The notes under the pieces: generated by a model
Seen by the model: the letters and a program-made list of their open reading frames with translations, nothing else
Told to the model about the DNA's origin: nothing
The model's database searches: none
Translations under genes and position numbers: made by a program
NCBI GenBank assembly: GCA_017532425.1
Contig: JAFXJH010000019.1
Span: forward strand, 1,029 to 65,028
DNA from: Clostridia bacterium
GTDB lineage: Bacteria; Bacillota; Clostridia; Oscillospirales; CAG-272
DNA length: 64,000 bases
Direction of reading: 5' to 3'
Shown: one piece after another, positions 24,810-33,954 of the stretch
How positions within the stretch are numbered: the stretch's first letter is position 1
Layout of the letters: every line of letters starts with the position of its first letter

Positions 24810-26996
24810 TCAGAATGTATTTCTTGAGATGAGATCGTCCTGTGCCTTTTTGCACATATCGACGAATACTGCGCTGTATCCGGTTACGCGTACCATAAGA
24901 TCGCGGTACATATCCGGTTTTTTCTGTGCGTCGAGCAGAAGCTCCTTGTCTACAGAGCTGAGCTGTATCTGAAGTCCGCCCTTTTCAAAATATACCGCAA
25001 TAATGTGAGAAAGATTTTCGAGTCCTGCTTCGCCATCGAAATTTCTGGGCTGTATCGTTACGTTAAGAGCGCCCGAAGCAAACTGATCGAAGGGGATATT
25101 TGAAATAGAGGAGAGCATAGCCGTGATACCGTTCTTTGCCGCGCCGACAGAGGGCTGACAGTTCTGACAGATGGGATCGCCTATGCGTCTTCCGTCGGGA
25201 GTTGCGGGAATGACCTCGCCGCGAGGAATGTGCCACGTGTCGTTCTCCGTGCAGAAGCGGAGCTTGAGGAAGGACGGGCGGTCCTTTGACGCATCCTTGC
25301 AGGCGTTTACTATAGCTTTGGTAAGCTCTCTTGCATAGTAGGATGAGGTGTCGTGACCGTCCCCCATCTTCGGAGAGTTCTTGCAAAGCGCTAAAAGAAC
25401 TTGGTCGTTTTCAAAGTTCGTGTCACACGCTGTGAATATTCTTTCGGCAGAGATATTCTTTTCGTTTATGAGATAATCCACAGCAGATGCTATATCTATC
25501 ATAGTGCCTATGCCGCCGAAGGGAACGACAAGGTTGGTGTTCTGAAAATACAGACCGCCTCTTGAAATGTTTTCAAAAGTAAAGCAGGAGCAGAATCTCA
25601 GCTGATTCGGATTAAAGTAGGGTTCCTTCAGCGTGGATTTCGAAATAAGCTCGGAGAATTTACCGAAGAACGTGTCGTAAATAGACTTCAACATTCCCTC
25701 TCGTGAGAACTCGCGTCCGTTTTCAAAGCTTGCACGGATAGCCTCCATAAGGGTGGGAATAAGACAGCGTTCAACACCGTAGTAGAATACATGATAGTTG
25801 GGAGCGTCCTTCGCGGGGATCGTCGGCCAGTTGCATCCGTAAAACTCGTGCGAGAGCGCATCGTATTCGCTTTCACCGAAGCTTTTGTACATTTCGCAAA
25901 CGCTGATGTCGTTGTAGACCATGATAGAGCCGCTTGCGCGCATCTTCGAAACGAGGGTCTTCCATACGTCGGCGTGATCCTTTGCAAAATCTCTTGTGTA
26001 ACGGAAAACGATGACCGGATTTTTGTATTTCGGATGTATGCGCTCGACCATAAGCTCTGTAAGACCGTTGCATACCGTCTTCTTGGTTTCAGGGTCAGTA
26101 CCCGAAAGAATAAGATACTGCGGAGCGTCGTAGCAGAGGATTCTGTGCCATCCCGTGCAGTTGGGAGAGTTTTCGCGGTTTGATATCTGATGCTCTCCGC
26201 GTCCCATAATGAGGTTGTTCTTGGCGTAGAATTCTTCTATAAGAAGGGCAGCCGTTTCTCTGTCTATACTGCCTTCGGAAAGCTCTTTTTCATATATCTT
26301 GTTCATAAAAAGATCGAGTCTTCCGAGCGCAAGAGTCGGGTTTGGTGAAATGTAGGCGCAGAATATAAATTCAATCGACCATACGAGCTGAAAAGCGGCG
26401 TGCAGAGTTTGCGGAGCGCCGGAAGCTGCCTCTCTGCAGGCTTTTGCCGAATCAAGCAGACCTTTTGCCTCGGCGGCTTCTGCGGAGCGCTCGATAAAGC
26501 AGATGATAGATTCGTATATCATTATTGCGCCGCGCAGGAAGCTGCATTTTTCCTCACAGCCCTGCTCGGTGTATATTTTAAGAGACTTTTCTGCCTCTGC
26601 CTTGAGGGCGGGAAGACCCTTTTCTATTATATCCTTCCAGAGGAATGACTGATGTCCTGCGTCGAAAAAGAATTTCGGAATACCCTCGTTTTTCATAAGA
26701 GGGGTTATATATTTTTCGCGGAAAGCCTTTTCCTCATCCTCATTAAAGGACTCCTCAACCATACGTCCGATAAGAATATCGTTTTCGCTGACAGGAATCG
26801 AAACTCGCGATAAAAACGCCTTGAGCGCGTTGCCGAGCTTGAGAGGCTGATTTTCAATATCCTTTACCTCCTCGCATATCTCGCTCCAAAGGCGGACACG
26901 CTCGGATGAATAGGTTACTACAGGCTTTTTTGTAAGGGCATAGATAGCCTCTTTTTGCATATTTTCTCTTAAAAAATCAAAGTTTTCTCTGTTCAT
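24810..26996 (-). CDS. Glycyl radical enzyme (PFL2-like), 728 aa, unknown substrate
   Basis: Glycine-radical segment DLMVRVTGYSAVFVDM. Contains ATPDGRRIGDP and GGLQIQLSSV. Candidate Cys loop EFYGCNWPT. ATG at 26996 follows AAGGAGA; the ORF-track start at 27092 adds 32 implausible residues. Confidence 0.85.
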   Translation of the reverse strand: MNRENFDFLRENMQKEAIYALTKKPVVTYSSERVRLWSEICEEVKDIENQPLKLGNALKAFLSRVSIPVSENDILIGRMVEESFNEDEEKAFREKYITPLMKNEGIPKFFFDAGHQSFLWKDIIEKGLPALKAEAEKSLKIYTEQGCEEKCSFLRGAIMIYESIICFIERSAEAAEAKGLLDSAKACREAASGAPQTLHAAFQLVWSIEFIFCAYISPNPTLALGRLDLFMNKIYEKELSEGSIDRETAALLIEEFYAKNNLIMGRGEHQISNRENSPNCTGWHRILCYDAPQYLILSGTDPETKKTVCNGLTELMVERIHPKYKNPVIVFRYTRDFAKDHADVWKTLVSKMRASGSIMVYNDISVCEMYKSFGESEYDALSHEFYGCNWPTIPAKDAPNYHVFYYGVERCLIPTLMEAIRASFENGREFSREGMLKSIYDTFFGKFSELISKSTLKEPYFNPNQLRFCSCFTFENISRGGLYFQNTNLVVPFGGIGTMIDIASAVDYLINEKNISAERIFTACDTNFENDQVLLALCKNSPKMGDGHDTSSYYARELTKAIVNACKDASKDRPSFLKLRFCTENDTWHIPRGEVIPATPDGRRIGDPICQNCQPSVGAAKNGITAMLSSISNIPFDQFASGALNVTIQPRNFDGEAGLENLSHIIAVYFEKGGLQIQLSSVDKELLLDAQKKPDMYRDLMVRVTGYSAVFVDMCKKAQDDLISRNTF

Positions 26997-27259
26997 AGTA
27001 TGATCTCCTTGCATAGAGAATATGGGCATAGGTGTGATAGATAAAGACACTTTACACCCATTTAAGTATACCACATAAAAAATAAAAGTCAATTATCTGC
27101 AAAAATATTTAAAAAATTTTTCACTACATAAAAGTATATCTTAAACTTAATAAAATTGACTTGATTTTTTTATAAATATAGGTTATATTTTATATATAGA
27201 ATGTCTGCGTATACGTTTTGGCAGATATTATAAACGTTTTTGAAAGAGATCTGATACAA

Positions 27260-28639
27260 ATGTTGAAACTTTTCAGAAAAAATAAAGCATTTTGCAAGGC
27301 TGATAAGCTGACCTATGGCCTTCCGATAGAGAAGAATTTTTCTCCGAAGGGAATATACCTTTCCGTGTCAGAGACCTGCGTGTCTGTCGGTGAAGAGGTC
27401 GGCATAGGCTCGCTTGTCGGTAAGAATTCGGACGGAGCGTCCGTGTGCTCGGGTATTTCGGGAAAAATATCTGAGATCAAAAAGATATCCGATAGCAAGT
27501 ACGGCGTAAATATAGAAAACGATCTTGCAAAAAGACAAGGCGAATATCTCCGTCCCTTCGGCGAGGAAAACAATATAAGGGTTACCGATATCACACCCGA
27601 AATGCTGATAAGCGTTATGAAAAAGGCGTCGGTAAAAACTCGTGGACATCAGATATCGGCAAACGATCGCACGGTATTTCAGAGAATTGAGGATTCGTTT
27701 GGAAAAGCAAGACAGATAGTGATAAACTGCGTTGGCGGCGAGCCTTACGACAGCTCTTTTAAGCGCATTATGCTTGAAAACGCATCTGACGTAATAAACG
27801 GTATGAAGCTCGTTATGGCGGTTATGAAGATAGGAGAGGGCGTTCTTCTTCTCGACTCGGAGAGCAGTGAATGTGCAAATACGCTTTCGTCGATGCTTGC
27901 CCCAAAAGACAATATAAAGGTCGTTCTTGCAGATATGGCTTATCCCACGGATAACGAGCATAACGTGATATACACACTCACGTCGATAGAGATTTCGCGC
28001 AAAAGAAGCGCAGAGCGTGTTGGGTGCGTGGTATTTGATCTGCATGAGATACTTGCCGTTGCAAGAGCTTTTATTTACGGCGAGGTCGAGACCTGCGAAA
28101 TAATCACAGTATCGGGAGACGCGCTTTCAAAGCCGATGAATCTGAAGGTTCCTTACGGAACGAAAATATCCGAAATAGCCGACTACTGCGGAGTGAATAA
28201 GGATATCGACGTCAAGATTATCGCAGGCGGAGTCTTGCGCGGCAAAGAGGTCGGCACAGAGGATGTTTTTGAAGTCGGAATGTCACCTTTGGTATTACTG
28301 AACGCAAAAAAGATACCTTCATTTAACGGTGTGAGATGTATGAGATGCGGCTCGTGTATGCGCGCCTGCCCGATGCTTCTTATGCCTATGTATCTCAGCC
28401 TTTCGGGATTTTCGGGTGTCAAAGCATTCGGAAAAATGTTTGATATAAGCGCGTGCACCGAGTGCGGAGTCTGTCAGTACGTTTGCCCCGCGGGAATACC
28501 GATACTGAAGAATATACGCAGGATGAAGGACACCTTGCTGCCCGATACGGCAGATGAAAATGATAAAACTGCAGAAAATAAGCCCGAAAAAGAAGAAAAT
28601 AGCGAAAAATCGCAGGACGTCGGAGGTGACAAGCAATGA
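27260..28639 (+). CDS. RnfC-like protein (barrel-sandwich N-terminus, SLBB-like middle, 2x[4Fe-4S] ferredoxin C-terminus)
   Basis: Contains CMRCGSCMRACP and CTECGVCQYVCPAGIP, plus INCVGGEPYDSS (compare INGAECEPY in RnfC). ATG at 27260 follows GAAAGAG; the alternative TTG at 27218 has no RBS. Confidence 0.65.
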   Translation: MLKLFRKNKAFCKADKLTYGLPIEKNFSPKGIYLSVSETCVSVGEEVGIGSLVGKNSDGASVCSGISGKISEIKKISDSKYGVNIENDLAKRQGEYLRPFGEENNIRVTDITPEMLISVMKKASVKTRGHQISANDRTVFQRIEDSFGKARQIVINCVGGEPYDSSFKRIMLENASDVINGMKLVMAVMKIGEGVLLLDSESSECANTLSSMLAPKDNIKVVLADMAYPTDNEHNVIYTLTSIEISRKRSAERVGCVVFDLHEILAVARAFIYGEVETCEIITVSGDALSKPMNLKVPYGTKISEIADYCGVNKDIDVKIIAGGVLRGKEVGTEDVFEVGMSPLVLLNAKKIPSFNGVRCMRCGSCMRACPMLLMPMYLSLSGFSGVKAFGKMFDISACTECGVCQYVCPAGIPILKNIRRMKDTLLPDTADENDKTAENKPEKEENSEKSQDVGGDKQ

Positions 28640-29580
28640 CTAAAAAGGAATACGTTGTATGCCCTCCGTATGCCTCGAGCAGAGGCGACATAAGAGACCT
28701 TGACGTTTTGGTGGCTCTTATTCCTATCGTCGCTTGGGCGGTCTTTATGTTTGGCTGGAGCTCGATGCTTTTCGTTGCTGTCGGCGTAGCATCAAGCGTC
28801 GTCTTTGAGATGGTCGTCGAGCTTTTTCTGTTTAAGAAAATAGGATACGGAGTTGTGAACGCGGCTCTTACAGGACTTCTGATATCGCTGTCCGTGTCTC
28901 CGAATGCACCGGTATGGCTTCCCGTGCTCGGAAGCGCGGTGGCAATATTCGTCGCAAAATATCAGTTTGTCGTGCTCGCGGAGTACGGAAGCTTTTTCTC
29001 GCCTGCGGCTCTCGGTATGCTTATATGCGGAGTTTATCCCGAAAACGAGCATGCTTTCGTGGACGGTCTGCGAAACGCACTTTATCCCGAGGACGGAATG
29101 CTTAACGTATTTCTCGGTAATACCGAGGGAGCTCTCGGCACGGTATCCGCACTTTTGCTCGCATTTGCGGCAATATATCTCTTGCTCAGAGGAGCACTTT
29201 CATTTAAAACGGTGCTGTCCGCACTTGTCGTTATGTCAGCAATGTCACTTATGATCGTTCCTGCGTGGACTACGTTTTCCGATAATATGATATATCAGAT
29301 CATAGGCGGAGGATTTTTGTTCTATCTCGTGTTTGCGGCAGGTGACCGTATGGGCTCTCCCGTTACCGAAATGGGTAAGCTTGTCTACGGCGCGGGATTT
29401 GCGGCCCTCGTATTCGTTTTTCGATTCTATACAGACCTTCCCGCGTGTGAAGCTATGAGTGCGGTAATAATGAGTATACTTACTCCCGTGATTGATTTGT
29501 ATACAAGACAGTCACCCTTCGGCGGAGTTGTGCGCACCGCGAAACCAGAGAATGACACGCCTGCAAAATCAAAGAAATAA
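28636..29580 (+). CDS. RnfD/NqrB-like polytopic membrane protein
   Basis: Contains NTEGALGTVSALLLAFAAIYLLLRG and FAAGDRMGSPVTEMGK (compare GSLGE.SAL...L.R and ATD.VTSP in RnfD). The ATGA start/stop overlaps the RnfC-like gene. Confidence 0.6.
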   Translation: MTKKEYVVCPPYASSRGDIRDLDVLVALIPIVAWAVFMFGWSSMLFVAVGVASSVVFEMVVELFLFKKIGYGVVNAALTGLLISLSVSPNAPVWLPVLGSAVAIFVAKYQFVVLAEYGSFFSPAALGMLICGVYPENEHAFVDGLRNALYPEDGMLNVFLGNTEGALGTVSALLLAFAAIYLLLRGALSFKTVLSALVVMSAMSLMIVPAWTTFSDNMIYQIIGGGFLFYLVFAAGDRMGSPVTEMGKLVYGAGFAALVFVFRFYTDLPACEAMSAVIMSILTPVIDLYTRQSPFGGVVRTAKPENDTPAKSKK

Positions 29581-29620
29581 GCAGAAATTACCGTAAATCA
29601 TCAGAAAGGCATAATTCTCT

Positions 29621-30561
29621 ATGAAAAGTCCGTTTCCTTATTCCGATTCGAATAAGAGATATTATACGTACGATTATTTTTTGAGAAAAAAGTTCGGACA
29701 AAGGTTTTTAAGGTCACGCTCGACGCGGGATTTACCTGCCCGAATATAGACGGAAGTAAGGGAAGAGGAGGGTGCACCTACTGCTCCTCGAGAGGCAGCG
29801 GAGATTTCGCGGCTTCTGCCTCGCTTTCTATAGAAGAACAGTATAATACGGTCAGAGCTGTAATGGACAAAAAATGGGAGGGCGGTCTGTGTATCCCCTA
29901 TTTTCAGGCTCATACAAATACGTATGCTCCGACCTGCGTGCTCAGAGAAAAGTTTGAGCAGACACTAAAGCTTCCCGATGCCGTAGGACTCGATATCGCG
30001 ACACGCGCCGATTGTCTCTCGGACGAAACGGTTGAATATCTCCGTGAGCTTCACGAGAGGACCTTTCTGACAGTCGAGCTCGGACTTCAGACTGTGCACG
30101 ACGTCACGGCTGAAAAAATAAACAGATGCCATACGTACGAGGAATTTCTTAAAGGCTATGAGAAGCTGAAAGGACTTAACGTGTGCGTTCATATAATCAA
30201 CGGTCTGCCGGGTGAAACTCACGAAATGATGCTCGATACGGCAAGAGAGCTTGCACGCATAAGACCCTTTATGCTGAAGATACACCTGCTTCATATCATA
30301 GCGGGTACAAAAATGGCAGAGCAGTATCTTGCGCACGAGTTTGAGCTTCCTACGCTTGAAGAGTACGTAGAGATGGTGTGCGATCAGCTTGAAATACTTC
30401 CCGAGGATACCGTTATAGCACGCGTTACGGGCGACGGAGCTCCCGATACCCTCGTTGCTCCGCTGTGGAGCAAGAAGAAATTTGTGGTTATGAACGAGAT
30501 AGATAAGGAGCTTTTGCGCCGAAATAGTATGCAAGGATCCAAATATTTCCAAAAAACTTGA
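29621..30561 (+). pseudogene. TIGR01212-family radical SAM gene (YhcC/YtqA-like) interrupted by a 1-nt frameshift
   Basis: From ATG 29621: MKSPFPYSDSNKRYYTYDYFLRKKFGQ. After the A-run at 29700-29702 the homologous sequence continues in another frame: KVFKVTLDAGFTCPNIDGSKGRGGCTYC... This joins the ORF-track 29863..30561 product. The first frame stops at 29747-29749. Confidence 0.7.
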
Positions 30562-30622
30562 CTTTGTGCGTAAAAGCCTACGAAAAAAATTGATTTTTTT
30601 GTTAAAAATATAATAAAAACTA

Positions 30623-30651
30623 TTGCATATCGAAAATAAATAGTATATAAT
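30623..30651 (+). promoter_or_regulatory. sigma-A type promoter of the EF-G paralog
   Basis: TTGCAT (30623-30628), 17-nt spacer, TATAAT (30646-30651). Confidence 0.6.
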
Positions 30652-30742
30652 TACATTATGCTGTTTAATGTGCAGCTTGCGGATGATCTGGTCCGCTTAC
30701 TATATATTTATATTTAATCCACGGTAAAGGAGAACTTCACAG

Positions 30743-32806
30743 ATGGCACAATTCACAACCAAACAAATAAGAAACGTATGCTTTATGGGTCACGGAGGAA
30801 GCGGAAAGACTTCCATAGTTGAGGCAATGCTCTATTTTACAGGAACATCAGATCGCCTCGGAAAGGTTCCCGACGGAAATACCGTATCAGACTTTGATGC
30901 AGAAGAAATCAAGCGTGGTTTCTCGATCTATACATCTATTGAAAACGTAATTTGGAAAAATACCAAGATAAATATCCTCGATACACCCGGATTCCTTAAC
31001 TTCGAGGGTGAGGTTCACAGCGCACTTCGCGTTGCTGACGCGGCTATTATTGCCGTTGACGCAAAGTCGGGTATTGAAGTAGGTACAGAGCTTGCTTGGG
31101 AAAGAGCAAAGGCAGCAAAGCTTCCTACAGCATTCTTCGTAAATAAGTATGACGATCCCGATGCACATTTCCATAACGTATTTGATTCGCTTTCCGAAAG
31201 TTTCGGTAAGGCTATTTGCCCCGTGCTTATTCCCGCTTATGAAAAGGGCTCGTTCATCAACCTTCTCGACCTTAAGAAGTACGTATACGACGGCACAACA
31301 GGTAAGCGTACAGAGGGTGAGATCAACCCCGAATATAAGAACAGAGTTGAAACATACCGCGATAAGCTGATGGAAGCTGTTTCGGTAACAGACGAAGAGC
31401 TTATGATGAAATATCTCGAGGGCGAGGAGATCACCAAGGAAGAGGCTGCAAACGCACTTCACGAGGGTATTATTTCGGGTGAGATCGTTCCTGTATTCAG
31501 CGGTAGTGCTGCTAAGCTTTGGGGTATCGACCTCGTTATGGATATCATCGCGGATTCCTTCCCGAGACATACAGCAAAGAAGACAGAAGCACTTGCAGAC
31601 GGCGACGAGATAGAGATCACCACAGAGGGCGGAGCTTCTCTCTACGTATTCAAGACCTCGGTTGACCAGTTCGGAAGAACAACCTACTTCAAGGTTATGA
31701 ACGGTGAGCTCAGAAGCGGCGATACACTCCGTAACCTCGCTACAGATACAGATGAAAAATTCCTCCACTTCTCTACAGTTAACGGTAAGAAGCAGACAGA
31801 GGTCGAATCTCTCTCATGCGGAGATATCGGTGCTATTACCAAGCTTGTAAACACCAATACTTGCGATACACTCGCAGTATCTGCAAAGACAGCATATGCT
31901 CCCGCAGTATATCCTGTTCCCGTATATACAGTAGCAGTTTCTCCCAAGGCTAAGGGCGATGAAGATAAGATCGTTCAGGGTATTCAGAAGATCATGGACG
32001 AGGATAAGACAGTACATTTCGAGAGCGATCCCGAAACACGTCAGCTCCTTCTCAGCACAATGGGTGATATGCAGGTGGACGTTGTTCTTTCCAAGGTTAA
32101 GGCTCGCGGCGGTCCCGCAGCAGAGCTTTCCGTTCCTAAGATCGCATACAGAGAAACGATCAAGGGTAAGGCAGACGTTCAGGGTAAGCATAAGAAGCAG
32201 TCGGGCGGACACGGTCAGTACGGCGACGTAAAGATCAGATTCTCGCAGGGCGAAGATGAAGGACTTACCTTCACAACAAGCGTTGTAGGCGGATCGGTTC
32301 CGAAGAACTTCTTCCCCGCAATCGAAAAAGGACTTCAGGAAGCAATGCAGAAGGGTGTTCTTGCAGGATATCCCGTAGTAAACCTTGCAGCAGACCTTTA
32401 TGACGGTTCTTACCACGACGTTGACTCGAACGAGCTTTCCTTTAAGATGGCAGCTTCCATCGCATATAAGACAGGTCTGCCCCTTGCAAAGCCCGTACTT
32501 CTCGAGCCTATCGGTGAGCTCAACGTAACAATTCCCGAGGCAATGGTTGGTGACGTTATGGGTGATATCAACGGTAAGCGTCGCGGTGCGGTTCTCGGTA
32601 TGAATCCTTCTCAGGCAAGACCGGGATATACAACTATCGATGCAGAAGTTCCGAAGGCAGAAATGACAGACTACGCTATCGCACTTCTCGCTATCACACA
32701 GGGTAGAGGAAGCTTTGTTTACAACGTAACACGTTACGATGAAGTTCCTTCCAATATAGCACAGAAAGTAATCGCAGAAGCAAAGGAAGCTTCGGAAGAT
32801 AAGTAA
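30743..32806 (+). CDS. Elongation factor G family GTPase (EF-G paralog)
   Basis: 687 aa. G1 is GHGGSGKTS and G3 is DTPGF. EF-G domains II-V are recognisable (HKKQSGGHGQYGDV, GGSVPKNFFPAIEKG). RBS AAAGGAGAA is upstream. The gene is not embedded in an rpsL-rpsG-fusA-tuf context. Confidence 0.85.
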   Translation: MAQFTTKQIRNVCFMGHGGSGKTSIVEAMLYFTGTSDRLGKVPDGNTVSDFDAEEIKRGFSIYTSIENVIWKNTKINILDTPGFLNFEGEVHSALRVADAAIIAVDAKSGIEVGTELAWERAKAAKLPTAFFVNKYDDPDAHFHNVFDSLSESFGKAICPVLIPAYEKGSFINLLDLKKYVYDGTTGKRTEGEINPEYKNRVETYRDKLMEAVSVTDEELMMKYLEGEEITKEEAANALHEGIISGEIVPVFSGSAAKLWGIDLVMDIIADSFPRHTAKKTEALADGDEIEITTEGGASLYVFKTSVDQFGRTTYFKVMNGELRSGDTLRNLATDTDEKFLHFSTVNGKKQTEVESLSCGDIGAITKLVNTNTCDTLAVSAKTAYAPAVYPVPVYTVAVSPKAKGDEDKIVQGIQKIMDEDKTVHFESDPETRQLLLSTMGDMQVDVVLSKVKARGGPAAELSVPKIAYRETIKGKADVQGKHKKQSGGHGQYGDVKIRFSQGEDEGLTFTTSVVGGSVPKNFFPAIEKGLQEAMQKGVLAGYPVVNLAADLYDGSYHDVDSNELSFKMAASIAYKTGLPLAKPVLLEPIGELNVTIPEAMVGDVMGDINGKRRGAVLGMNPSQARPGYTTIDAEVPKAEMTDYAIALLAITQGRGSFVYNVTRYDEVPSNIAQKVIAEAKEASEDK

Positions 32807-32812
32807 AACTCA

Positions 32813-32846
32813 AAGCGAAGCGGTTTCTGCCGCTTCGCTTGATTTT
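32813..32846 (+). terminator. Rho-independent terminator after the EF-G paralog
   Basis: AAGCGAAGCGG, loop tttctg, CCGCTTCGCTT, then GATTTT. Confidence 0.8.
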
Positions 32847-32876
32847 ATATAATAATTGATGAAAGGATGTTCGATT

Positions 32877-33785
32877 ATGGATTCAAACGGATTTAATAAC
32901 GAGCCGATCAATAAGCAGCAAAGCGAAAATACAGATTTTTTTTCAAACGGAGCATATGATGAGCCGACAGTACCCGATAAGGGCGCGATATTTGCGGAAA
33001 AGATAAGAGCTATGTTCAGATCAAATGCATATCTTACGGCAACTATTGCATATACGGTTATGGCAAGCGCATCTCTGATATGGGGAAATCTTGATGTTTT
33101 TGCGGTGCTTTTCACAGTAGGAATGTGGATAGCGTATACTGCAGCGGCAAAGGGTGCACCTCTCAAGGAAATGAAATTTCTTTCGGGCGTGCTGAAGGCG
33201 TACTATATTCTTACAATTGTAGGAATAGTTTGCATGATAGTTTCGGGCGTGATATGTATGATATGCGGCCCTATGGTGATAAACTATGAAAAAGAAGTCT
33301 TGGATGCTTTAAAGATCATCGAAACAGACTTCGGCGGATCATTTTATTTTACTTGGGGCAGTGAGGTAACCTACTTTACGGCGGAAGAGCTTGCCGCAAA
33401 GGTTTTTGAGCTTTTCGGTCTGACGCTTTCAACCGCACTCGGAATAATTCTGATAATTCTCGGAGTTGTTCTTGTAATTTCCGCAGTTGTTTTGATACTT
33501 ATGAATGAGTTTTTCGTTCATAAGCTCAGTAAGCAGTTTGTAAAGGCAATAGCTGCTCTGACACTGAATACAGATGCAGAGCTCTGCTTCAAGACGGTAA
33601 GAGTCTTTGCTACTGTGCTCGGTGTTCTGACCGCTATTTCGGCGGCATCGGCAATAGCAAGCTTTGATATGATCTTCCTTGCAAGCGAGGGTGCTTATGC
33701 CGTAGCATATTTCGCAATAGCCTCGGCACTCAAAGAACCGCAGGAGCAGACTGCGACCTCAAGCACCGCAGAGCCGATGCTCTGA
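32877..33785 (+). CDS. Polytopic membrane protein, unknown function
   Basis: ATG at 32877 follows GAAAGGA. There are at least 5 hydrophobic segments and no recognised motif. Confidence 0.6.
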   Translation: MDSNGFNNEPINKQQSENTDFFSNGAYDEPTVPDKGAIFAEKIRAMFRSNAYLTATIAYTVMASASLIWGNLDVFAVLFTVGMWIAYTAAAKGAPLKEMKFLSGVLKAYYILTIVGIVCMIVSGVICMICGPMVINYEKEVLDALKIIETDFGGSFYFTWGSEVTYFTAEELAAKVFELFGLTLSTALGIILIILGVVLVISAVVLILMNEFFVHKLSKQFVKAIAALTLNTDAELCFKTVRVFATVLGVLTAISAASAIASFDMIFLASEGAYAVAYFAIASALKEPQEQTATSSTAEPML

Positions 33786-33803
33786 GTGTGAAAATTTAAC
33801 GTT

Positions 33804-33838
33804 AAAACGTCCGTGTAATTACGGACGTTTTTCTTTTA
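33804..33838 (+). terminator. Rho-independent terminator
   Basis: AAAACGTCCGT, loop gtaatt, ACGGACGTTTT, then TCTTTT. Confidence 0.8.
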
Positions 33839-33869
33839 TAAATAATAAATTTCCGATAATCGGTATTTG

Positions 33870-33898
33870 TCATATAATCCAAAGCGATTTCATATCTA
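33870..33898 (+). promoter_or_regulatory. Candidate sigma-E type promoter of spoIVA
   Basis: TCATATA (33870-33876), 14-nt spacer, CATATCTA (33891-33898). The B. subtilis sigma-E consensus as recalled is ZHATAXX-14-CATACAHT. The -35 box fits fully and the -10 box matches 5 of 8 positions. Confidence 0.3.
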
Positions 33899-33954
33899 TA
33901 TAGCAAATAAATAAAGAAGGCGGCGTAGGTGTACGCCTTGTATGGAGGAAAAAT

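Noticed and set aside
26997-27092. N-terminal extensions proposed by the ORF track: GRE2 from 27092, Na/Pi transporter from 22228, GH51 from 14324, nucleoside hydrolase from 52724, sigma factor from 56127, DUF3810 gene from 59933 and GntR from 42652.
   Set aside because: In each case an internal ATG or GTG has a proper Shine-Dalgarno sequence at 6-11 nt and yields the family-typical N-terminus. The upstream starts lack an RBS or overlap promoter elements.
27260-29580. Annotation as a functional Rnf ion-pumping complex.
   Set aside because: Only C- and D-like subunits are present. rnfG/E/A/B are absent from the operon, and the NADH and FMN motifs are not recognisable. The pair is treated as an Rnf-like pair of unknown role.
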